DNA from: Octopus vulgaris
Taxonomy: Eukaryota
NCBI GenBank assembly: GCA_951406725.2
Contig: OX597821.1
Location: forward strand, 53,010,001 to 53,074,000
Length of the DNA stretch: 64,000 nucleotides
Reading direction: 5' to 3'
The notes under the pieces are model-generated. The model was not told the DNA's origin. It worked only from the letters and a program-made list of their open reading frames with translations, and made no database searches. The translations under genes and the position numbers were made by a program. How positions within the stretch are numbered: position 1 is the first letter of the stretch; every line of letters starts with the position of its first letter. Shown in pieces: positions 27,069 to 41,452 of this stretch.

Positions 27069-29113
27069 CGTGTATATATATATATATATATATATACTTC
27101 ATATTTATTCATGATTCCACTTCTATATATTTATGCACACACATGTATAAATGTATATTTGTATAAATACTTGAATGTTTTATGTGCTCATATGGAGATA
27201 TTCTGTCACAATTACTTCTATATTTATTACCATAATCAATGTAAGTTTTACCATATGAATATGTGTCGATATCAAATGTTACGAAGTGCTGACAATGAAT
27301 ATATGAGAGAAATGCTTGTATTTGCACCTCATGCAAATCTAACACTTGAGAAGTTATATCTTTTAATGTTTAATATATTCCTTTCTGTTTTCATTTCTTT
27401 TTGCAATGAAATGTTGACATCTCACAAGAAGTATGTTTCTAATTTAGATACCTTCACATCAACGATGTCATATCTCTAAATCCGAACATCATTTCTGAAT
27501 ATATGGTTTCTAACAATGATATTCTTTAGTTTAATGTTTTTGTTTATTTGCAAGTTTCTTTATGATACATAAGGAATTTGATTCATATGTTATTTGGAAA
27601 ATCTATTGATTAAGATGAATTCTATAGAAATAGGTTTTTCGAATATGTTCATTGTTCAATAAGTTCTAAAGATATTTTCTGCTATAATCGCTGGGGGAGA
27701 TTTTTCACTTGATTTAAGTTATCTAGATTTAAGTTATCTGAAATATAAAAGATAAAGTTTAGCGAATTAATTTATATTATTTGAAATCTTATTTAAGTAT
27801 ATTTTCTTTAACTCGCTATTCGCTGGTCTTACTCTATTATACATTAAGTTTTGTTTTAGTTATAATATTTAACATTCTGAACTGAATTCAGATATCAAAA
27901 GAGATTTTAAAAGTGTTTAAAATAAAATATGTGATATTCAGAGCATACCTGTAAAATTTCGAATGTGTCTTCAAAGTTATCCTAATGATAATACAAGACC
28001 GTCCCGGTTAAAAATTTGATCCATCATCCCTGAATATATTAGTCACATAGGCACTGTTCTTAGTCTGTAGAGGACCTGGCGAACACCTGTGGGAAAGAGG
28101 TGTATTTTCAGGCTGAGAACGCCATATGGTCACATAATTTGATCACTCATGGCCATTTGAACCATTAGAAATGCCAAACAAAGCTCTTACATAGCAAAAT
28201 CTATCATCATTAAAAAATCGGATCAGCTAAAGTGGTTTGAGAAAAAGAAATAGTTTGCAATGGAAGGACGACACATGCTTTCAAAGAATAAGACTAAATA
28301 TATAGTCGTGTTTTGTTACACTAATCATAAGAAATTCAGTAAAGCAGTGAATGGCTCATTCTAAATCAAATGGTAATGAGGTTGTTGCATATGAATGTCT
28401 GTCCTATAATATAGTATTTGTGAGTATATAATTATATTTCAATATGTACTTGAATGGGAAGATTTATTTTTACTAAATGTGATATATTGGACAAAATAAT
28501 TTCATAGCTCCATATCTTATATTCGGATGGTAGTTCTGCTGCTGTGCGTTCGCCTTGCGGCGAGTTTCTGTTATTTATTTTCATACTTGCATATCTTATA
28601 TTCATATTTCACATACATTTGACGTGAATCCACGAAAAGTAAATTCCCAAATTTAGAGCTAGTTCGATAAATAACATTCACATTATTTACATGATTTATG
28701 CGGGGAAGTCTGCAATCGACGCACTGTACTCACGAGACATTTGAAAACCTTTAACGACTCATCACGCGAAAGATCTAATCCCTGTGCTGAAAACACGCGT
28801 TTGGATTGTAGATTTTGCATAGAACTTTGTATGCCTCCCGCTGGTTTCATGAGTCACTGTCTGTCTCCTGTTCATAGGAACAATCAATTACAAGTGACTC
28901 CGTCTGTGATGGTCATGTTTGTCCCTGACTAGCCGGCCATATTGTGTATATATATATAACTGTGTGTATCTGTATACAACGTGTACACATTCACACATGC
29001 ATATAAATACACGTATATCTAAGTGTGTATATATATTTAATACATGGATATGCTTGCGTATGTGTGTTTGTATTTTTATATTCAGTCGGTAGATGTTTAA
29101 ATGTGAATGTTAT

Positions 29114-29470
29114 TACAGTTCTATATTTAAGAGATGAACAATTATATACATTATTTACATTATTTACTTTTCACGGATAGTTGTCCTCATCTTGTTTGTT
29201 GTTAACACAACGTTTCGGCTGATATTTCCTCCAGCTTTCATCAGGTGTCTTGGGGAAATTTCGAACCTAGGTTCTCATTCCTAAGGTATTTTTCGATGTT
29301 ATTATTATTGTTGTTATTCAGGTCACTGCCTGGAATCGAACTCGGAATTCTGGGGTTAGTACCCCACGCTCTTAACCACTACGCCCCGGGCATATGGTGT
29401 AGTGGTTAAGATCGCGGGCTACTAACCCCAAGATTCCGAGTTCGATTCCAAGCAGTGACCTGAATAATAA
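29114..29470 (-). mobile_element. tRNA-headed short element with an HHR and an inverted duplicate of its head
   Basis: Minus strand: GGCGTAGTGGTTAAGAGCG...GAGTTCGATTCC head (29385-29320), linker, HHR (29249-29204), AT-rich tail. The head is repeated inverted at 29396-29470. Confidence 0.75.
29204..29249 (-). ncRNA. Minimal type I hammerhead ribozyme
   Basis: GACAC-CTGATGA-A-AGCTG-GAGGAAATAT-CAGCC-GAAAC-GTT-GTGTT. Palindromic ACGT stem III; first stem II pair mismatched (A.C). Confidence 0.7.
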
Positions 29471-29793
29471 TGAATATCTAAATATGCTTACTCTACCTTA
29501 AAGGCAACTTCTGGTCTTTGCTCAGCTTATTGAATTTGAACGGTATGTGTGACATCCTTCGTATATTGGTTTCTTCCACTTGCTTCTGTCACCTGGCAGT
29601 AATACAAGTTTTGAAGATCGAGATCGAATTACAACAGGGACAGAATCCTTGAAACGCTTCTTATGAATGTATACATACATATGGACAGGAACATATAAAC
29701 CGTTGAATGTATTTGGAATATGGGAAATCAACTGGAAAAGTAATGCTTGTCATCACTGGTAATAGAAGAAATAAATATAGGAAGGAGTAGGTA

Positions 29794-29977
29794 TTCTCTC
29801 TCTTTTACTTGTTTCAGTCATGTGAATGTGGCTATGCTGGAGGTCTTATTCTTTGTAAGTCTAGTACTTATTCTATTGGTCTCTTTTGCCGAACCGCTAA
29901 GTTATGGGGACGTAAACACACCAGCATCGGTTGTCCAGCGATATTGGGGGGACAAACACAGACACACACACTCATAC

Positions 29978-30052
<75 letters not shown>

Positions 30053-30196
30053 CATATATACGACGGGCTTCTTTCAGTTTCTGTCTACTAAATCCACTCA
30101 CAAGGCTTTCGTCGGCTCGAGGCTATAGTAGAAGACACTTGCCCAAGGTGCCACGCAGTAGGACTGAACCCGGAACTATGTGGCTGGTAAGCAAGC
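29794..30196 (-). mobile_element. SINE family A
   Basis: Reverse complement of 41019-41452, including the internal microsatellite. Confidence 0.9.
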
Positions 30197-30373
30197 AATA
30201 CTTATTTTTCACGCAGACTTTAAGCGAGTTACTCAAACATGCACCGCCAGTGTGGTGAAGCGTCATCAAAAATATGTGTGGACGTGCTCATGAGTCATCA
30301 GCAGACAGTGGTTAATGATGATCTACTTCGGTCAAGAGTGGACAGCCGTCACGTACACACACACAATCACAAA

Positions 30374-30430
<57 letters not shown>

Positions 30431-30435
<5 letters not shown>

Positions 30436-30652
30436 TAATCCAAACAAGAAAACACAGAAAAAAAAGAGAAAAAAAACACAGCAACGCAGGACGTGGAACA
30501 ATTAAAGTATTATTGACGCTCAGGAAAGAAGGGAAGGAGGGTTTAACGTTTCGAGCGGAGCTCTTCGTCGGAAACAAGGAGAAGGAAAGATCCCAAGAAG
30601 GGAAGACAGAGGAAAAAATATTTGAGCTGGTGGTGCTCAAGAGATCACATGT

Positions 30653-30655
<3 letters not shown>
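30431..30655 (-). mobile_element. Short PLE-end-like element in (TA)n with HHR-like motif (30541-30575)
   Basis: Minus strand GTTT-CCGACGA-A-GAGC-TCC-GCTC-GAAAC-GTT-AAAC. Homologous to 36870-37035 (+). Confidence 0.7.
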
Positions 30656-30723
<68 letters not shown>

Positions 30724-31221
30724 TATATCTATATGCATACATTTTTGCTCCACATCCAGTTAGATAGCCTTTTGTAAAAGTTACTATCACAAATAGAAAC
30801 CCGTAACCAAAGACGTCACTATTCACATAATTTCAGGCGAAACGAACCGCAAAATTTTAGAAACATTCCAACAATAGTTTTCTATTCATTGAACCAATTA
30901 AGTTTCTTGTTTTTTTCCGTATTTGTCTGCATATGTTTTATGTGATCCGCTTTCAATCATATAATTGATTTCTTTACACTAATAATCTATAAAAAGAAAT
31001 CACTGAAGGAATGTGAAATTTTTTCACTGAGAATATCAATTAGTCTAAGCTAAGGAAAAAATAAATAGAATAATTAGTCAAATATATTCTGCTCTGTCTG
31101 TAGGTTATTCATAGTACACGTGAGTATGAATATCTACAAACAAACACACACACACACACTCACACTCACACAGACACACGCACACACACTCTTCAATATT
31201 CTTACAAACATGTCGATGTAG

Positions 31222-31390
31222 TAATAAGTTTCAAATTTTGACACAAGGTCAGCAATTTCCTGTGAGAGGCATTGAAAGGAATGAAAGATCAAGTGGACCC
31301 TGGAGGAAATTGAAATCTGAACGTAAAACCGGGCAAAATAATGCTAAGCGTTTCACTCGGCGTGCTAACGATTCTGCCAGCTTGCCGCCT
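31222..31390 (-). mobile_element. SINE family B-related, diverged
   Basis: GGCGTGCTAACGATTCTGCCAGCTTGCCGCC is the reverse complement of the family B head. Confidence 0.7.
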
Positions 31391-31866
31391 TATGTATATA
31401 TATTTATATATTGATTCATAATTGATTTTCCGAATATCAAGCGACATTTTGCTATCGTTTGTGCAAAGTAATCGCAAATGTTTGCTTGACATGTAAACAC
31501 CCAACAGAAATTGCAGAAATGCTATATAAATATAATTCTTTATTTCATTTCTTATCATCAAATTCATTGTCAAACAAATTTTCATTATTAATACAAATTT
31601 CAATTTCCTGGAAATGACACTCATCATTGCAAACATGATATATAAGGAACGTGTGTACAACAAAACCGTTAATGAACTGTGTACCTTTATTCCGGTGCAT
31701 CTGTGTGAGTGTGAGTGTGAATGTGAGAGTGTGTATGTGTGTGAGCATAGGATATATATATATATACATATGTATATATTTATGCATATATATGCATATA
31801 AATATGCATATATATATATAAGTATATATGAAGACATATGTGTATATAAGTATTTATGTATATGAA

Positions 31867-31933
<67 letters not shown>

Positions 31934-33366
31934 ATGTAAACAGAAAGGGAGAGAGAGAAAGCTTATTTAAGTGAGTGTTCGTTTAATCGATATTGTGTCT
32001 TCGATGTGTCGCTACCTTTAATTTCCCGTTTCTATTTTCACTGTGCTAAAAGGGAAACTCAGAATCGCGATGCAGCTCACCTTTGGATTCAAACAAATGT
32101 AATAAACTGTATAATTTGCATTGGGATTTTTTAATTCGTGCTCATTCAAACATACACACACAAAAAACGTTTGCATACATACACATACACGCCGTTTCGT
32201 ATTGTACGACATACAGTCTGTCCCTAACAATTTCTTCCATTATGGTATAACTGTTTTCATACGTGGGAAAAAATCCTACTCCTTATGCAGTATTTCTCCT
32301 TATTGAAATAAGAACCGCTTTGAGCGGTCTCCGACAAGAAATTGTGGAATGGGAAAAACAGAAACAATGAGTAATGTATATGTGTTTGTGTGAGTGTGTT
32401 TGTTTGTATTGATGGGAAAAGATAAGAGAAAGCAAGTGGATTTAATGTTTTCCGTCAGTTATTGATTTCTGTTTGTAACAGTTTCATTCATTTCAGTATT
32501 TTCTTTAAAAAAAGATCAAAGGTCATCAACATTTCATTATTTTGTTCACTATAACCTTCAGCTATTGCATCACACATTTTAATAAACCATACTTGTCAAT
32601 ACTGAATTTACACGACCAATGCAAATATTCATCGTTTTTCTTTGCAACCGTCTCAATGATTGCTCTAAATAATAACCTTCTTTAATGTTTTCCGGCAACA
32701 AATATTGACAGTCAATAAAAAATTAAATCGTTAACTAAGAAGTAAATATTTTTTAGAACTTTATTTCAGTGTAGTCGCTTTTCATATAATATATTTGGTT
32801 GCACGTTAAATGAAAATAAGTTGTGATAGAGAGAGAAAGTAGGGCGGGCGAGACTGCACGAGCGAGATTGCGATAGCGAGAGAAGGGGAGAGAGCGACGC
32901 AGAATTGTTTAATACGATATATACTTTTGTAATGGAGACAGACTGAAGCTTTGAGGGTGAAACAATTGCACCATTTTAACAATCCTGAGAATATTTACAT
33001 AGGAGCAACAATGAAGAACATGCGTGTCGCTGTCTGGTGCAAACACATTGTCTCTTAAGATGTTAAATGTGATAATACCAAGATTTTGTCAGTTACATTG
33101 ATAAACTCAATTAATTGAAGTTTTTACCTTAGTGTATCAGATATGTGAGATTTACCTATTATTTAATATATACAAGCGTCCCTTGGATACTTTCTCTTGA
33201 CTCTACTGATGATATTCTTATAGCCGCGCCACGTCTTAATGATGTACGACATGGTCGTGACAGGAACAACCTTCATTGAAAATTTGCTCAATTAAGACTA
33301 ACATACGATTACACAACAGTAACAACTTAATCTTCATAAATTTTAAATCTATTTCTCATCTCATTG

Positions 33367-33464
<98 letters not shown>

Positions 33465-35019
33465 TCTATACAATAGTGAAGTGGAAGAATCGTTAAAACA
33501 GTGGAAGAAGTTCCTTACAGAATTTAGTTACGGCTCTCTACATAACAGCATTATCGAGATATCGCATTTTGAAATGATTTAAAGATCGAGTAATTGCTTT
33601 TCTTGAATAATCTTAAGTCAACCCTAATCGAGCAGGCCTTCGCACCAGAGTATCCCAGCTATGGTCATACGATTTCTTTCCTATAATCAAGAAGCAGTGG
33701 AATACAATTTTTTAATGCGACCACATTTTCCAGACGGTACCTTTTCATATATATCTGGCTGAATAAATATCTAGAGATTCGCTCTCGTCCAAGTTTGAGA
33801 AAAAATGATTTTTCTACAAATAATAGAATATAAAGACAGACAATTATAAGAATCGTTAGTGTAGGACAAATATTCTGCTGGAATTGTTCAAGTTCATTCC
33901 GTTCTAAGTATAAAACTCGCCGAGATTAAACTTTGATCATGATCGATAAAACAACCTATCATTAAACTAGTGTTATAGTTGCTCTCTTTCTACTCTCTTT
34001 GAATCGGTAGCGCTACACGGCCAGAATGGTGTTGGGAGAATATTGTCACTTTGGTGTTTGCTGAATAAGGTATATCATGATGATTAACTTACCATTTGAG
34101 GGAAATTTAGTTATTTTTTCAAGCAGGTGTAGCAACTAATTAGTGGTTCTGTTGTTGCATTTATATTATTGCCGTTTGACCCATTATGTATGTGCGTAAA
34201 TGCCGATAAGTGATCTGTGTTAATGAACATGATGCTTTGCAATCCTACACCTTCTACCACGACAATCTAGTTTGGCATGCCACTGAGGTTTTTGTTATTT
34301 CACTGGTAACTTAGCAATAAACACGTCACACATTTGCGGTTCACATCGCACACATACTCAAATGCATTATTGATTTTACTTCCATAAAGGTGAAGAAATA
34401 TCTAGATCATCATATATGCATTTACAATTACTAATGGCTAATGTAGAATATTTCTATTACGCTTGAAGTGGTACATATTCGAATGTTCCCATGTCAATGA
34501 ATTAATTAATTCGAATCTGGTGAATATTCCCTTATCAAAGGAACTCTTTCAACTTCCTAGCAACCATTTATGAATTGCGTATCATAACCCTCTTACCATT
34601 TAACAAAACCACTAGACGAGTATTTAGCTACCATTTTAGATCAAACATATTTACTTCATTCAAATATTACATCAGAGAGGAATATTTCAATATGGATTCA
34701 GGAATGAGTATATGTATGTGTTTGTGTTATATGTGTACATATATTTATATATACATACAAACATATACTGGTTTATGAAAATATTAATGTGTATATGTGT
34801 GTTAGTGTGTGTGTGTGTGTGTGCGTGTATGAGTGTGGGTGCGCGTGTGCCTATGTATGAACTTCATATATGCATGCTTCTAGTCACTGGACTGCAGCTG
34901 ATTCAGTTATTTAGTGTGGCAAGGATTAAAACTTTCTTTCTGAATAGATAATTTATGCGCATAAACTTAGACTCACTTATACACACACACACACACACAC
35001 TGACGTACACAGGCTGTTT

Positions 35020-35115
35020 GTAGCACAGTGATATTGAAATTGAATTATTGATTTCTTTCGAGGGAGTAAAATCAATGGATGAAAAGAAATTTCGCCATAT
35101 TAATCAACAATAATA
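35020..35115 (+). mobile_element. Possible mariner 5' relic
   Basis: ATGGATGAAAAGAAATTTCG (MDEKKFR, then ILI after a frameshift) resembles the Himar1 start MEKKEFRVLIK. Very short. Confidence 0.3.
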
Positions 35116-36187
35116 TCGTCACTATAATTTTACGCTCCCTAATTATTAATTAGCATGTGTTTAGCAGTTGTTAATGCAATATTTGTAATAACTGTTTATT
35201 GCTGGTAACGTACCAATGCCTCCTTAATAGGCTTTTCAACAACATTAGCTTCATAATATATAATCAATGCTAAATTACTGACTACATAGATTTACAAATC
35301 AGAAAATTGTGAAATGACTCAACTGTAAATCGACAAATACTCTTTGGACGTTATATTTTCCTTATTCTCCTCTTTTTCCATATATGGAACAGTAATGATG
35401 TCTACGAAATAAAATCAAGCACGTCTATAATAGTTGTGTGTTCATTCTCTGGAAATGTCCCTACGAGAAGAATCAAGAATTGAAAATAATTATGTTTTTT
35501 TGTTCTCTCGCCAGAAATATTCCGCATATTCATAACATTGAAGATTAAATATGAATTGCTTCTAAATATATTCCTAATTTTTCTCGTATATATATACATA
35601 TATATACATACACACACATATATATATATACATACACACATATATATATACATACACACATACATATATATATTTATATATATATTCATACATACATACA
35701 TATATACATACATATATACATACACACATACATATATACATACACACATACATATATACATACACACATACATATATATAAGTCATATTGCCAATATTAC
35801 ATTTGTAACTGTATAAATGTATATATATATGAGGGAGTGCGTGTGAGCGTGTATGTATGTATATATGTATGTATATACTTATGCATATATGTATTTCCCT
35901 CTACCTTTATTTATACACACACACGCACATATATATACATACATATACATACATACACACATATATATGTACACACATACATACACACATACATACCTAT
36001 ATATATACACACATATATATACATACATACACACATACATACATATATATATATATACACATGCATACATATATATATATATACATACATACACACATGC
36101 ATACATATATATATGTATACATGCATACATACACATACATATATATATATACATACATATATATATATATACATACATACACACACA

Positions 36188-37035
36188 CGCGTTTGCGCCG
36201 GTTCGCGCACGCATGCGCCCGCATGCACCTCGCCCTTGGACCCGACGAGACCTCCCGCCCGTTCCTGGGATGTCGCTTGTCGTTGGGTTTTCCCACGCCC
36301 GTCTCCGCGGGACCACTCTTCCATCTTCCCCTCCGCTGGAGTCCTTTTCCTAACCCCCCCCCCCCTTTTTTTCGTTACACACACGCGCACACATATACAC
36401 ACATTGCTTAAACATATACATCACTCTTACACACATTCAATCTACTCGCCACTAATACTACCACGACACTGGACACACACACACACTACTACTCAACACA
36501 CGCTGGCACGCTACATACGCCCCCACCCCTTCCCCTCCCTCCCTTCCTCCTTCCTCCCTTTTCTCACTACTGACCTTTGTCTGCTATGCTGCTGCTATGC
36601 TGACCACCGTCTCGCCCTACCTCACACGCCTACACACAGACGCACACACTAACACATACATATATTTTTTTTTTTTACCTCGCCTCACACACACACATAC
36701 ACACACGCACACGCACACACTCACACATACACACACATCTGTTGCGTTACCAACCTTGTCTCCACTCTTTTGCCTTTAAAAACCCACTTTGCTCTTGTTA
36801 TCGTAAACATCCGCCTTTCACCATGTGCTACTGCTAACACCAGCCGTTTTTTTCTCTATCTCCGTTGCCCGCTCCGGGATCTTTCTTTCCTCTCTCTTCC
36901 TTCTTTATGTTTCCGACGAAGAGCTCCGCTCGAAACGTCATACCTCCCTGCTTCCATTTCCTGAGCGCCTATTAATAATAATACTGTAATTGTTCCCTTG
37001 TTGTTGTTTTTTTGTTTCCCGTTTGGATTAAAATT
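36188..37035 (+). mobile_element. Longer C-rich PLE-3'-end-like insertion with HHR-like motif (36909-36943)
   Basis: GTTT-CCGACGA-A-GAGC-TCC-GCTC-GAAAC-GTC-ATAC. The 3' end GTTTGGATTAA + (TA)n is shared with 30431-30655. 5' boundary uncertain. Confidence 0.6.
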
Positions 37036-38572
37036 ATATATATATATACATACACACATACATATATATACATACACACACATATATATATATACATACA
37101 CACATATATATATACATACACACATACATATATATATTTATATATATATTCATACATACATACATATATACATACATATATACATACACACATACATATA
37201 TACATACACACATACATATATACATACACACATACATATATATATATATACATGCACACATACATATATATATTTACATATATATATATATACATACATA
37301 TATATACATATATATACATACATTCACATATATACATACATACACACATACATACATAAATATAAGGGAAATCTCTATAATATACAACCAAATTGAATTA
37401 TACATGTATGCGTTTATGTGCATGTACGTAAGTATCTATATATATATATAACTACATACAGAATGTTTATTCATGCGTACACGCACTCAGACATATATAT
37501 TAAAATACATATAAGTAAATACATGTTCACAAATACTCATTTGCATTAATTGATTAGCTTTCCCTTTATCTTTTTAATACTGTATATTTATCTCACTCAT
37601 GTGACACACCATTTCTCTTCTGTTTTCCATTTGTCAGCATGGCTTATATAATATCCGTCTTCATTCGGGGTAGAAATAATTAATGATGTACTATCTCAAA
37701 GAAGAAAAAAAGAAGTAATCTAATACATTGTAATGAATACTATATTAACAATACGAAAATGATAAATTTTGTGAGACAGGAATTATAAGAGAGAAGGTGC
37801 TTATCACCAGTTATTAACTGTATCTGTCTATTCCTCTGAAATGGAACTTAGCTCTGTAGAAGTATAATTGAATACATTTCTATGGTACAACAGATGAACG
37901 TTTGAGAAATCACTTCTCGTAATATTGTTTCCTTTCAATAATATTGTGCTATTCCACAGATACCTTAAAATTGGCATTAGGATGCAAATTCACCGTGACG
38001 TTCATTCGTAGAGTAAAATGCCATGTAGTAACTGTTGCGGTCCTCTGTTCTTTGAGATTAAATCCCTCGACTTCAACTTTGGCCCGTAGCCCGTTGGGTC
38101 GTTACAATAAAACTGTAATCCAGGGTCGTTACAATAAAACGGCAATCCAGAGAAAATTCACTGTATTTCTAACGAATGCTGGTGCCTTGATTTTTGGGGG
38201 TGAAAATTTAATCTATTCTGGCTCGGGTAAACAACCCTACTAGTATACTCGCTTCTATTTCTTCAGTTCACTGTCTTAAAGTACTTGCGCCAGGTTTCCG
38301 GTTCCAGAATAAAATCCATCCCTACACAAAAATGTATGCCAATAAAATTAATGAAAGTAACTATGGAAAACACATACAAATAGTAAGAAAAAGATTTCTG
38401 GATATCTCAACATTTTATGAAAAAAAAGTCCTACATGCTTGTTTCAACATATCTTTTCTAAATCTTTGCTCCTAATGTCCCGCACACATACACTCATATA
38501 TGATATATATGCATACTGATTTTTATCTATATGCACATCTATAGAAATACAGGCATATACATGAATATATAC

Positions 38573-38682
<110 letters not shown>

Positions 38683-38749
38683 GTATATCTATACCTATCT
38701 ATCCATCCATGTATATGTATAAGGTTACACAATTAAGCTTACGAAAATA

Positions 38750-39889
38750 CGTGACATCACTGGCAGATTTTCTATGGCAATTGAAAACCGACAGGACTAA
38801 ATATGAGATTTCACGGTCATTTATAAAATTTGCAAAGCCCTAAAACACACAACTAGGACCTGTGGGTTGTGCTCAGAAGAATCCCTATCAATCTTACTAA
38901 AGAAAAAGTCATAAATAAATTAACTGAAGGGTTTACACGTTATGTGCCATGAAAGCCACGTTCAAATATTTCCAACCTGTAAACACAGCACCGAGCTGCC
39001 ATAATCCACATTGAACAGTGAACATCTTGCTATCAATCTATACGTTTCTATGAGCCCATGGACAGATGTGTGGGATTTTGCCTATATGCTGTTTATTGTT
39101 ATGTGCCAGCATGTTTGTCTGAGTAGTCTTGTGAGTTGACGTCTTTCTCTATGCCTTAGCGTGTATATCAGTGCTAAGTGGAAGTCTCTGATGTGTCCTG
39201 ATGTGTATATACGTATATCTGTGTATGAACGTGTGTGTGTGTATAATTATGTGAGTGTATAAGTGTTCTTTCCTGCAGACATGTGAGACTATGGGTGTTG
39301 ATGTACATTTAGATTTGTATGTCCGGTGGTGTGGGTGTAATAGGGGCACGCGCGTGTGTGTGTGATCTGTGAGCATTACGTGAGGTTGTTAGTGTGCTTG
39401 TGCGATTGTGTCTGTGGCTGTATCTGTGTGAGTGCGTGTGCTCCATGGAGGCAGTATTGATGTGATCTATGTATGTGTCGGGGTGGGTGAATCTTTGTGC
39501 CCTAAAGATGTATACGTCTGCATGTGTACGGTTCTGCATGTGTGCAAAGCAGTGGCCGTGTGTGATTGACTGAAATACATAAATGCGGTGGTGTGCACTA
39601 GCATGTGCGCAAGAATATAATTATTTATCTGTGCGTCTATACGTTTTTGCATTGATTTAAACCTTAGAATTTTCGCGTCTAACGGTTAAAATCTCTTAAT
39701 ATAGCTAAACTCAAGCGTAAATTTCCCTGCTTAAAGCCTTATTGTCCCACCTGAGGAGTTTTCTATGCACTGTAAGTTGCATCTGGTGTTATTGCATCGT
39801 TCCACAAGAGAGCTGTGCATCTTGAAGATGAAACAATTGTTGTGATAATATATATTTTCTGTTGGTACACTCCGTCTCTTTTTATTTTA
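38750..39889 (+). mobile_element. 5'-truncated Penelope-like element (Naiad-like endonuclease C-terminus, TG-rich UTR, HHR)
   Basis: TSLADFLWQLKTDRTKYEIS..AKP*, then frameshifted TRTCGLCSEESLSIL..VINKLTE, resembling the LS..IW.LK...C.LC..EK..I...LN.R.E PLE endonuclease tail. Lies between (TATC)n and (TA)n. Confidence 0.6.
39741..39849 (+). ncRNA. Type I hammerhead ribozyme with long stem II
   Basis: ATTGT-CC-CAC / GTG-ATAAT stem I. CTGAGGA 39751-39757. Stem II GTTTTC-T-ATGCAC...GTGCAT-CTT-GAAGAT. GAAAC-AATT-GTT 39830-39841. Confidence 0.7.
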
Positions 39890-40056
39890 TATATATATAT
39901 ATGAATATATGTGTGTATGTGTGCATGCATACGTATAATCTATACGTCATATATATTTCTATGTATGCATATAATCACACACACACACGTGTGTGTGTGT
40001 ATATATATATACCTTCAATTTAGCATTCTGCCTTATAATTTTTCCTTGCCTATATG

Positions 40057-40127
<71 letters not shown>

Positions 40128-41018
40128 AGTATATCTGCATGATATATACACTTCATGGCAGGAAATGTTAAACAAAGTAGTTAGTTAAAGTCAATGTAGA
40201 ATTTTTATGATTCTTGGAAGACTATGTTTTTGACTGACAGTATAACTTGTTAATAGAAAGAATTTTAAAAATTATAATATCATAGAAAGATCTTCTATAT
40301 ACGTCTGTGTTCATTGAGAGTTATACTCAGAATTTAAGATTTAATGCAAAAAACTTATTCTACTCTCGTGCGGATACCATAGAAATATATAATGCTTCAT
40401 ATTCCTGAAATTATTTTGTCCGTTCTCTTATTCTCTGTATCGTGTTTAAGTATTTAGATAAAACATTATTTTTGCATTGCAATATGAATTTGAAATGTGA
40501 TATTTCATCAATCTTCTCTAAAAAAGTAATATTGTTTCAATTTTGCTAAAGATGCATCTATATCTCTAAAAGCAGTAACAAAATAATCTTCAAAATCCTT
40601 ACAATATCGTTTATGTCAACGATAACAAGTGGCGTTAAATAGTAATTTATCTTGTCAATTATTGTCGAATGCCAAATAAAGACAGACGCTTGTTATCATT
40701 TCTTAAGGGAAAAATTGAATATTCTGGTGAAAATGTACTCATAGCAGAATTGTATGAAATTGAAACTAATATTGTTCACTCTATCATGATAAATTGCAAA
40801 AACATATCTCAGTCTACTGTACGTTGTTTATATATGTCATCATTTATTTAAAGTGCACGCTGCACAGTCAAGTAAAAGGTATTTTTGAATTAATTTGTCA
40901 TATTGGTTATGCGTCATATGACTCCATCGAATCGCAAATCGTGCACCATATTTCCATAACGTGGTAAACTACATGAAACTAGAGTGTACATAAAGGCAGT
41001 GCCAAAATAAATATATAT

Positions 41019-41175
41019 CAGGAGTGGATGTGTGGTAAGTAGCTTGTTTACCAACCACATGGTTCCGGATTCAGTCCCACTGCGTGGAACCTTGGGCAAA
41101 TGTCTTCTGCTATAGCCTCGAACCAACCAAAGCCTTGTGAGTGGATTTGGTAGACGGAAACTGAAAGAAGCCAGT

Positions 41176-41239
<64 letters not shown>

Positions 41240-41452
41240 TGTGTGTCTGTGTTTGTCCCCCTAGCATTGCTTGACAACCGATGCTGGTGTGTTTATGTCC
41301 GTCACATACCGGTTCGGCAAAACAGACCGATAGAATAAGTACTGGGCTTACAAAGAATAAGTCCCGGGGTTGAGTTGCTCGACTAAAGGCGGTGCTCCAG
41401 CATGGCCGCAGTCAAATGACTGAAACAAGTAAAAGAGTAAAAGAGAAAGAGT
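41019..41452 (+). mobile_element. SINE family A, near full length
   Basis: tRNA-like head, CORE-like ACCTTGGGCAAATGTCTT, internal (TA)n, and tail with repeated GTAAAAGA. Confidence 0.9.

Noticed and set aside
29311-29470. Pair of functional tRNA genes
   Set aside because: A/B boxes are present, but there is no convincing 7-bp acceptor stem and no T-run terminator, so it is treated as a SINE-like head.
38096-38150. 27-bp tandem duplication (also short duplications at ~1208/1268, ~42614/42662 and ~50738/50768)
   Set aside because: Ordinary two-copy slippage duplications with no further structure.
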